64,000 nucleotides of DNA from Mytilus edulis (Eukaryota): assembly GCF_963676685.1 (NCBI RefSeq), contig NC_092347.1:81282001-81346000 (forward strand), read 5' to 3'. Shown in pieces: positions 13,090-23,325 of the stretch. Each line of letters starts with the position of its first letter. Positions within the stretch are counted from its first letter, which is position 1. The notes beneath the pieces were generated by a model. It was not told the DNA's origin, did no database searches, and worked only from the letters and a program-made list of their open reading frames with translations. The position numbers and the translations under genes were made by a program.

Positions 13090-14245
13090 CTTATATAACA
13101 AGACTAGACGGAAGGACAGACACCCTGTATTTCTATGTTCCCATCGACGCGTCGCGTGGGTGACAAAAATCCAACGACATCTTAAAATCATTTTGAATTT
13201 AGATTCATATTAATTTATACTTTGGTCTTCGGGGATGTGTGTGTTTTTGGTGTTTTGAGTTAGATATACTGAACAGGCCTGGCACAGCTGGTTAAAAACG
13301 CACCTTTTCACAAAGTGGGGAGGCAAAACGAGTCAAGGACGATTAGCAAAGTTGCCTTTTTGTGGGGGGCATTTTGGTCACATAGGCGTCAGAAAAAGCA
13401 AGAGAGTATTCACAATCTCTTATAAGGAGTTTTCTTACAAGTATACAAGTGTTTATGTAAATCAAAAGGGTTGCTATTTCTTTATTTACATAAATAGAAA
13501 TGTGGGATATACACAGCAACCGGCCAATTAACGACAATCAAAACCAAAGACATATAGATAACACGTGACTAATGCAGGATGGACAACAACATAAGAGTAT
13601 ATTTTACTGCTAATCTGTTACAGTATATTTTTTGTAAAGATTCGTTGGTCTCTTGAATATGAAAGATAATAAGTATATTAAGTATTGCAAGTATGAAATC
13701 TATCAAATTATAAAATCACATGTTCACAACAATAACAAAGTTCAATCTCCTTAGACTCCTAGAACGTATTTGTTTGTCTTGATTAAAATCAAACCATTAT
13801 AACATAAGGAGATGTCATATGATTGCTAATTAAACAATTTTCCATCAAAGACTAAATGACGTACATATATATTTGAGGTCTCCAAATTACCATCCCACTA
13901 ATACTATGGACTGCTTATACAAAAAGATATTTTGTCAATAAATGATTTATTATAATTTATAAAATAGAACATCATTATATATGCTAAATAAATTGTGTAC
14001 CCTTGGCTAAATACTGGGATAATATTGTTTTACCGGTGTCCTTTCGACAGTTCGTCCCGCACTTGGTATACTAGCATAGGTTAATATACGGATTATTTCG
14101 TCGGATTATGTACAGTTTTTAAGCTTTAACTTTTAAACAATGTACCTGGTGTTAGTACATACACTAAAAATTCGCATCTTGTCACTTTTTTCTCTTTTCG
14201 ACATATTGATAAATTTGACATTTTGAAATATATTGCGCCGGTTTA

Positions 14246-14731
14246 TTTTTATGCCCCACCTACGATAGTAGAGGGGCATTATGTGTTCTGGTCTGTGCGT
14301 TCGTTCGTCTGTCCGTCCGTCCGTCCGTCCGTTCGTTCGTTCATTCGTCCGTCTGTCCCGCTCCAGATTAAAGTTTTTGATCAAGGTAGTTTTTGATGAA
14401 GCCGAAGTCCAATCAACTTGAAACTTAGTACACATGTTCCTTATGATATGATCTTTTTAATTTCAAAGCCAAATTAAACTTTTGTCATCAATTTCACGGT
14501 CCACTGAACATACAAAATGAAAGTGCGAGTTTCAGGTGAAAGTTTTTGGTCAAGGTAGTTTTTGATGAAGTTGAAGTCCAATCAACTTGAAACTTAGTAC
14601 ATATGTTCCCTATGGTATGATATTTTTTATTTTAATGACAAATTAGATTTTTTACCCAATTTCACGGTCCATTGAATATGGAAAATGATAGTGCGAGTGG
14701 GGCATCCGTGTACTTTGGACACATTCTTGTT
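14246..14731 (+). mobile_element. HINE-type element with two 169-bp core repeats
   Basis: ATGCCCCAC...GGGGCAT 5' hairpin; (GTCC/GTTC)n; duplicated core; 3' GTGGGGCAT plus small palindrome and TT. Confidence 0.8.
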
Positions 14732-15253
14732 AAACCTATATTGAGGGTGCACATACATATAATATGTATATTCTCAAGACCATTTTTTCTTTAATGACTT
14801 TTCACGGACGACATAATGTTGAACTTGGTGTATTTGAGTAAAATTTTGCATACAGTTTGCAAGGTTTGTCCGACTAATTACGCACACAACCCACACGTTT
14901 ACATCATACAGAGTATCCTGTATTTTGTATTAGGATGTTGATTTTCTTTTTAATTTTCACAACTAACAGAATGTTTTATCTTTCTTGACTGCTGCACAAT
15001 TTTTTTTGTCAGACACAACAATTCAAATTGCACTGTATCGTCCTATAAATGCATAAAATATTTGCCACCGGACTTTGAGCAATCATCTATCACTCAATTC
15101 AAATTGTACCTCAATATCAATGTTTACCAAATTACGTTATTCCGTAACGTCACAGGTTTTCTGCCAAATTCTAAGCGTATCGGTCAACTTTGAAGCAATG
15201 TATATAAAAAAAAACAAGGACGATGACACATGTGTTTCTATATATATATATAT

Positions 15254-15790
15254 AAAAATAAGGGGATGTGGTTTGATCGCCAACTCTCCACAAGAGACCA
15301 AATGACAATGAAATTTACATCAATAGGTCACTGAACTGCCTTCATCAATGAGCAGAGCTCGTATCGCATAAAGTCAGCTATAAAAGGCCCCGAAATGACA
15401 TAATATTTATGTAAAACAATTCAAACGAGAAAACTTACGAACTAATTTATGTCCAAAATAATGAACGAAAAACAAATATGTTACATAACAACAAACTGAT
15501 TTACAGGCTACTTGACTCGGGACCGGAACATACACAATGTGGCGAGGTTAAAACTCGTTTAAAGGAGCCAATCCTACCCTAACCTTGGGCATAAACTGGA
15601 TCCATGTTGTGTTCACTTATCTCATCAGATGAATACAAATTGAATACATCTTAGAAAAACAGAGTGGACATGGAAGGGTACTTTTACATCCAAACAACCA
15701 AAAGACTTTAAGTACAGATATTGGACTACTCGTAGTTACTGACAATTAGTTGAAAGTAATAACAACTAATACAAAAAGCATGCCTCTTAG
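15254..15790 (-). mobile_element. Family A copy, diverged, next to (TA)n
   Basis: Colinear with 204-750; decayed twister at about 15503-15590; abuts a TA microsatellite. Confidence 0.8.
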
Positions 15791-15799
15791 ATGCATGGA

Positions 15800-17102
15800 T
15801 TCAGTATACAATCCTGGATATTACGTTAGTTTTTAGTCTTTCTCCGTATAAAAGAACAAAACCATCTATTGAAAAATATAAAAAAAAACTCCTGGTATGG
15901 ATCAATTAATATTTTAAGGGAAAAAATGTCAGGCATAGAAAAGCATATTCCTGAAAAAATATTCAACATTTAAACTACACTGTGGTCAGATTGTTAAGGG
16001 ATACTATACTGCATTGTGGAAAAAACAGCTAGATATACATAAACATGGTAAACTACGAACTTATGTAATATTCAAGTGCAACGTCGGTTTTGAAAATTAT
16101 TTGTCAATAATGACACATTTTGAGCAAAGGAAATGTATAACTAGATTAAGAATATCTGCTCACAAATTGCAAATTGAATCTGGTAGATACCAGGGTACTC
16201 TTCGACAAAACCGAATTTGTCTCAGGTGCACCTCGGGTGAGGTTGAGGATGAAGTTCATTTTTTATTTAAATGTGACACGCATTTATTAAAAAGAGAGGA
16301 ATTGATGCAAAATATATTAAAATCATGTCCAAACTTTCAAAATTTAAATATTAATAACAAATTAGTTTGTATAATGAATAATGAGGATCCCAATGTACTA
16401 TTTGCATTTTATAAATATATAGAAGATATATACTAATAATTGAAGGAAAACATAATCTACAATAATTAATTTCAATATAACTCTTTAATATGAATTTGGA
16501 TACCCTGTTAAGCCTGCACAGATCATAAGAAGAATTTCAAATTCTCTGGTACCGTCCCTTGATGATCCTTGCTGGGTGGACCCAGAATCTATAATCCTAA
16601 ATATATGTTTTTAAAATATTTTTAAAATAATGTAGGAGTTTGACTCATCTGCATTACGTACAAGTAGGGACTTCCCTTTAAGCACCGACTCTTGGTGCTT
16701 TCTGCAGATAAGTCATACTAAATATCCTTTATTAAATAATACTTGTTATTTGCAGTATACCTCATGGTCAAATCTGCGATTGCTTAAATTGTTTTTTTTT
16801 TTATTTTTTTTTATTTTCTCCCCAAAAACTACTAATGCCTCTTGTTGGTCTTTTCAAAGTGAAAATACACTTACCGGGTGCACTTAAGTCACTGAATTAA
16901 ACATAGTATTCATTGATTAATAATACATTGCTACTTTTACTTTATTATTTTGTTAACACTTGTTATATATATATTGTATTGTCTGTGTATTTCATATGAT
17001 ATTGTTTATAATAATATTGTCTGTATGCTATATGCCCTCCTGGGGCCCTTATTTGGTTAATAAAAATATTCTATTCTATTCTATCCTATTATATTCTATA
17101 TT
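15800..17102 (+). mobile_element. 3' end of a non-LTR retrotransposon (LINE; possibly RTE-X-like)
   Basis: ORF 16014-16436 has KLRTY..FK, RLRISAHKLQIESGRY and the CxxC...EDExHFLxxC zinc knuckle typical of LINE ORF2 C-termini. 3' UTR ends in AATAAA plus a (TATTC)n tail. Confidence 0.85.
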
Positions 17103-18766
17103 ATAGTCTAAGTATATAATTGACCAATGTGGACCTTATTTTCGCAATTCCATAGATTGCTTTGACGTTACGCGGGATGTTCGTACCGTTTACGTTTTTT
17201 GTATGTTTTGTGGGTAAAACTGTGCTGCAGGTGCAGAAAAAAACGTATTTCAATTAAAACAAAGATATCATTGTGCTGGATATAAATTTCCTTGTTCATT
17301 TATCTTCCATAAAACAATATAAAACGCATTTGTTCGAGTTGTTATGCATTTGATTATGGATTATAGAAAAATAATGGGCTGTCCCGGGTAACATTTCACA
17401 ACGAAAACTGAAGCATAAGCCTTCTTATCGACTTTTATTTTGCCGATTTTCATTATTTTTTTTTTGGCCGCGAATGGCCATGAAATAACAACCCATTATG
17501 ATATATTTGTTTGACGGCTAATGGCGTCTTATTCTGTTACGCCAGGCAAATCTGCAAAGTTTCATTGTGTCCCATTTCCATTTTCGAAACTACCTTAAAG
17601 AAAAAAAGTTAAAAAATACAGATAAATGATATCATCAGGTGAGAAAATGATATAGCTATTATAATGTTGTTTTAATTAATTTATTAATTTCAAACGCAAA
17701 ATCGGTCAAACACAAAAACAAAAAAGATCCTATTTTTTTTTAAATTTGGTGAATAAAATGTCACACGTTCAATTTTGGCAAAAACGTTGTGAACCGTCGT
17801 TATCAAAGTAAACTATGTTTAGTTTTTCACTAGATTGTCGACAATGAAATTCTTATATAGACATGTTATTTTTCTAATCTTTTCAAAATATCTATATTGA
17901 TCTCCATAGCATTCGTACTTTCCGAGAAAAAAATGTTTGAAACTTGGTGAAAAAGATGTCGCACGCATCAAATTTCTTACGGCGGCAACCTGACGTTGTT
18001 TCGAATAGCCAAAACAACCAGAAACGCAGTGCCATAAAAACACACAGAACAAGCGCACAACTAGTCGATTGTCGGTGCATGTATTGTTCAACTACATAAT
18101 TGACGCCCGTCAAGCAAAAACCACCCTTATCGCGTTTGACGTCGTTGTCGGTAGTCAACGCTAGAATGCAACGTAGAACAAACCGATAAATTGCACGTTG
18201 AAATTGAGATATTTTTTCTAAACATAGCGTTATCCATGCGAACTGAATAGTATATTCTTATATTACATATAAATACTTTTGTAAAATAATGCCGTTTTTA
18301 CGATTTATATTTAATTTTGTGATAAATTTTTATTCAAACTTTTCAAATACTTGTTTTGACATACGCTGTATATTCTTATTGTCTTGAGAGGAATGATTTA
18401 TAAACAATATAATAAAATCCCAAACATCACCATGTCTCATTAATACATAGTACCACGATATGTGATGATACACGTATTAACCTTCTACAATATATAAACA
18501 ATACCAATGTTGTGTAAAAAAAAAACCACTTAAATATTTTCTAAAAGTTTTTTTCCGCAGCTGGATTTCTTTTATACTTTTAATACGGCAAGTTATTGTA
18601 TGAAGAACCTAAGAAAATAATTTAATATTTGGCGCAACATTATGCATGCCAAATGCGGAAAATCTTGCATGGTTAATCACACGAGAGAGTTTGCTTACAA
18701 GTAATTAAGTACGAAAGAGAAGAAAGTCTGTCTGAAATTTTTCGTCTTTTATTTTGCCACGCTTTA

Positions 18767-18949
18767 AGAAACATGTGTACTAAGTTTCAAGTTGATTAGA
18801 CTTCAACTTCATCACAAACTACCTTGACCAAAAACTTTAACCTGAACTTGGACGAACGAACGGACGAACGAACGGTACGACGAACGAACGAACGGACCCA
18901 TAGACCAGAAAACATACTGCCCTCTACTATCGTAGGTGGGGCATAAAAA
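18767..18949 (-). mobile_element. Partial copy of the 14246-14731 HINE family
   Basis: Reverse complement of about 14246-14440. Confidence 0.85.
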
Positions 18950-18997
18950 TTTGCAATGCGTTTAAAACTGTTAGTATGAAACAAATATCAGTTCATA

Positions 18998-19268
18998 ATT
19001 ATATCACTCACTTTAAAAAAAGTTGGGGTATACTGTTTAACCTCTGTCTGTCCGTTAGTCAATCCATCCGTTCGTCCCATGAATATATTCGTCGCATATC
19101 TCTTAGGAACTACATTACAAGGATTTCTGAAATTTGGTTTCAGGGTTTATATAATTCAGTAATATCGTGCGATGCGTTTTCAGATTCATCACTCAACAAC
19201 TTCCTGTTTACCGAAATATTTCGGCGGAGGTATCATCAGTAAGCAGTAACTCAATGTTTCACTTGTTT
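18998..19268 (+). mobile_element. Short decayed HINE-like element
   Basis: 5' hairpin, GTCT/GTCC microsatellite and terminal ...CACTTGTT. Similar remnants near 37690-37815, 45870-46012 and 50350-50580. Confidence 0.5.
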
Positions 19269-21153
19269 TATAAATGCTTTAGAAGTTTACTTAAATCTCC
19301 TACAAAAATCGCCAAAATCGGCTTTAGAGATCCCGGCCACTCATCTTCTAAGTGGAAAGGGGGTGGAATTAACTCGGTTCATACGACACAAAAACTATAA
19401 TAAACATAAAATTCGGTTCTTTGGCCAGGATGTTATCTTTTTGACAGATTCTGCATTTCCTTTCTCAATTTTATTCAGGACAAGTTTTATCTTAATTCTT
19501 GTTTTACATTTTCTAAAAGTAAACAAAATATAGGTGTTCTGCATCCATTCGAAAACAAATATTTTAATCTTTTATTCTTAAATGGTCTGTGTGGTAGGCC
19601 ATGAAGAAACAAAACAACAAAGAAAGGAAGAAAAATCATCAGTGATCATTATAAAATAAAAAATGCTAAAGGCTTGAGCTAATTCGAAAAATGATTAACA
19701 ATTTTGGATGCATACACGAGATTGTTTGAGCTGGTAATCATTGTTACAATGTTGTCAAATATATGTATACTATTTCAGTAATGGTCACAGTTCAATTTCG
19801 TTATATTAATTTTCTTTGATTGTGAATAAAATGAGATGCGGCATATTGTTTGACATATACTGAGTTGTTAACTTGATTGAAATAAATATGCAACTCTAGT
19901 ACTAAAGGTTATACAACGACGAGAAGACATTTTTTAAATTGATGATTTTGACTTAATGATCAGGAGTCATTGACTGTATCACCCGTCGTGTAAATCTCTA
20001 AATTCACGGATAGATAAGGTTAACAATCCGATAATAAACTTTCAATGGTATTTTTTAACGCCATGTAAAATCAGAAGCAGAAACAAATGCAATTTTGCAA
20101 TGTTGCGTTAATTTTCAAAAAAGATGATGCTGGATATATTACAATGATCTGTAAACATGAGGCAAGGACTAATGGAGGTAGTACAAGCTGGAAAAAAAAC
20201 ACATATAATTAGATCACATCAAATAATCTTGTTGTTCTTCATATTTTTTTCAATCTGGAAATGTCATACTATAGATGTTAAAAAACAATCTATTTTACTT
20301 TTGCATAATATTGAAATTTTCAAGTTCACTTCGAATCAAATTTCTCTGATAAGGGATATCCAGGCGAAACTTATTATAATTATAGTAATACATAAAAATA
20401 GTTGATATTTATTACGAACACGGACAGATTGAAATTTCGCACTTGAGATATATTTTTAATGTTATTTAATAAAGTTTTCAAATGTTATTTTTCGTTTCAA
20501 TCACTTTTAGTTTAACGTGGATTTTATTTTGTTTTGTAAACATTAACATACGTATATATTTATTGCAAGAAATATATCTGAAACGGATGAAATTGCACAC
20601 GCAGCTGCAGTTCTCATTTAACGATAACATTGAAGATAATACATGTAGAAAATTAGTCGGTTAACACTGTAAGCAAGAGAACGATGAAACTACTTAGAAA
20701 ATGGAGAGATTAGAAACCAATTTTATCTGTTTTGATTAAACCTATTCTATGGTATCAGAAAGTACCATTATTTCATCGTTGCTCATGATAAATCAGAAAT
20801 TAATTTAAAAAAAAAAATGAACAAAATAAAAAGAAATAGATACTCGTCATCGTCCTTTTTAATAGTTCGGTAAGTTGGCTCGTCCTGTAGTTATTCCTGC
20901 AGCCAGAATTGCACGTGCTAGGTAGGAACATCTATATTAAAAAAATCGTCCATATGCTAGGAAGGGATATCAGGCTACATTTTGTCAAGCACCAGGAGAA
21001 GAGTAAAGTAGTAAATTGCTGCAAACTTAATTCGGCGTCAAAGTGTATGATTCCAACGTTACGTTGAATTTTACGTTACATGTAGAACACATTTCATGTG
21101 TTACCAAAATTGAAATTTCTCAACTAATTTTTCACCGATCTATATATATATAG

Positions 21154-21441
21154 AAACTAGTCAAAACATTTACTAAATTTTATCATCGGTATAAAGACAT
21201 CATTCGTAAATATAGCTCAACATGCAGACTTCTAATACGTTCAGGTATTTCACATCCAATTTTTTATGGTAATATTCTTTATAAAGCACAAAGGTGTCAG
21301 TATTCACCTCAGAAACTTACAAAACCTTTAAATAGACTTATTAAGAAGGGATATAATTACGATACTGTTGTCAAGTCATTAAAGATTGCATATTTTGGCG
21401 TAAATATTGAGTCACTGATAAGGTCTTTGCATCGGAACTAA
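21154..21441 (+). pseudogene. C-terminal fragment of a retroelement ORF (KLVKTFTKFYHRYKDIIRKY...GISHPIFYGNILYK...LIKKGYNYD...LHRN*), probably PLE RT thumb/C-terminal extension
   Basis: Uninterrupted 95 codons with no start codon, so absent from the ORF track. The KLxKxFxKFYxR and GISxPxFYG motifs resemble the C-termini of invertebrate Penelope-like RT proteins (recognition from memory). No C-terminal GIY-YIG domain follows. Confidence 0.65.
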
Positions 21442-21483
21442 ACACATTTATTCTAAAAAAAAACAGTTGTTGGCATGACACGG

Positions 21484-21574
21484 GTTATGTTCTTCTCATA
21501 TATGTTATGATTGTATGATACTAAACCCCTAACGGGAAGGATTGTGCCTGATGTTCATATGATGAAATCATAAT
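21484..21574 (+). promoter_or_regulatory. Type II SECIS element (family B)
   Basis: AUGA at 21507-21510; 12 nt to AAA at 21523-21525; apical ministem CCC/GGG; helix II GUAUGAU/AUUGUGC plus CU/AG; 3' UGAU at 21549-21552 completes the GA/GA quartet; lower helix present. Starts about 65 nt after the ORF stop. Confidence 0.72.
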
Positions 21575-21757
21575 CTTTCAGTCAGTTTAATTGAAGTCTG
21601 GAGCTGGCATGTCAGTTAACTGCTAGTAGTCTGTTGTTATTTATGTATTATTGTCATTTTGTTTATTTTCTTTGGTTAAATCTTCTGACATCAGACTCGG
21701 ATTTCTCTTGAACTGAATTTTAATGTGCGTATTGTTATGCGTTTACTTTACTACATT

Positions 21758-21848
21758 GGTTAGAGGTATAGGGGGAGGGTTGAGATCTCACAAACATGTT
21801 TAACCCCGCCGCATTTTTGCGCCTGTCCCAAGTCAGGAGCCTCTGGCC
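21758..21848 (+). ncRNA. Twister ribozyme, P5-type permutation (family B)
   Basis: P5 GGUUAGAGGU/GCCUCUGGCC; P2 GGG/CCC; GAGGG at 21775-21779; U21801-A21802-A; CGCC; P3 GCA/UGC; G; P4 CCUG/CAGG with loop UCCCAAGU. Matches the twister core UAA-NNN-YGCC...G-P4-UCCCAAGY-P4...NNN-GAGGG. P1 is non-canonical. Confidence 0.72.
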
Positions 21849-23009
21849 TTTGTTAGTCTTGTATTATTTTAATTTTAGTTTCTTGTGTACAATTTGGAAA
21901 TTAGTATGGCGTTCATTATCACTGGACTAGTATATATTTGTTTAGGGGCCAGCTGAGGTACGCCTCCGGGTGCGGGAATTTCTCGCTACATTGAAGACCT
22001 GTTGGTGACCCTCTGCTGTTGTTTTTTATTTGGTCGGGTTGTTGTCTCTTTGACACATTCCCCATTTCCATTCTCAATTTTATATGTTACTGATTTTTTT
22101 GGATTCTTTTTGTTATTCCGTGATATTGATAAGTATTGCTCTCAACCCGGAACAGATTGCATTTTTTATTTCTACTCGCAAATTTTAAATTAAGTGCAGA
22201 ACTTGCAAAGGTTTTAAAACGAGTAAAACTTCGGAGCGTAATTGTACCAGCATTTCTTTTGCTTTTCCATCTTATAGCACTAAAGAGGCTTCTTTAAAAT
22301 TTACGAACAAAATATGTTTCGGATGATGCTGCCAATTCATTAATGAACGAATATATTACAGTGAAAACTACAAAAAAAACTTGTAAAGAAAAGTTTGAAC
22401 TTCAACAAACTTATTTTCAGCGCAACGAGGTATTTTTGTGTCCGTTATTTTTCGACATAGAGCTAGACGGAGTAGAAAGTTTGCCGGATATTTCATGTAT
22501 TATCACTTTATATTATCGGTTCAGTATAAGTCACGAAATTATTTTTGAATGTTAGTAAACCGACATTTGTTTCAAACGCGGATATGAAATTTTCGTGAAT
22601 GGAACCTTAGGACGCAGCCGGGGGCTTTTTAAAGAATCAAGTAGACATAGATTTTTTTTTCGGGGGAACGAAATAATACAATCTGCGGTAGATCTTTTTA
22701 AATATTGCGGGAAACATTTGAACGACACTAAGTTACTGTATTGTAAGCGCCAAATATTTAGATATGATGAGAGTATAGATCGTGACACAATATCTTTAAA
22801 ATCGTTCCTAATATTAAAAGTCTCTAGTATCAAGTTATTTTCATCTTTGGACGATGCTTAATTGACAATTAGGTACCTGTCATGTTATTCTTGTGAAAAC
22901 TATTTGGTTGGTTCTTACAAAGACTGCATAAATAATTCCATTTGAAGTATAAGGCAACCATACCCACAGTTGTCGGGAAAAACTGAAGCCGCAATTGGGG
23001 TCCCGCAGT

Positions 23010-23325
23010 AGATGTGGTATGATTGCCGATGAGACAATTAGCTCTCCACAAGAGACCAACATAACACAGAAATTAACAACTATATAGGTCAACGTACGGG
23101 CTTCAACAATGAGTAAAGCCCATACCGCATAGTCAGCTATAAAAGGCCCCGCAAAGACAATGTAAAACAAACGGGAAAACTAAGAGCCGTATTTATTTTA
23201 AAATGAATGAAAAACAAATATGTAACACATCAACAAAAGACAACCACTGAATTACGGGCTCCTAACTTGGGACAGGCACATACATAAATAATGTGGCGGG
23301 GTTAAAATGTTAGCGGGATCCCAAC
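23010..23325 (-). mobile_element. Family A copy, truncated within the twister
   Basis: Colinear with 213-536; ends at CCCAAC followed by TA-rich sequence. Confidence 0.85.

Larger units (their letters stand above)
21154..22084 (+). mobile_element. 5'-truncated Penelope-like (Naiad-type) retroelement, family B
   Basis: Starts right after (TA)n; 95-aa ORF C-terminus, then SECIS-like, twister-like and 3' structured motifs; ends ...CCATTCTCAATTTTAT. The same 3' end recurs at 30545-30686 and 40509-40700. Confidence 0.72.

Noticed and set aside
17819-18158. Overlapping minus-strand ORFs in CpG-rich sequence
   Set aside because: No recognisable domain or splice structure; probably a non-coding transposon remnant.
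21950-22010. Hammerhead or HDV-like ribozyme in the 3' motif
   Set aside because: UUGAAGA plus a short stem resembles CUGANGA, but there is no GAAA or stem III/UH. For HDV, no 3' strand pairs with the GGGGC start.
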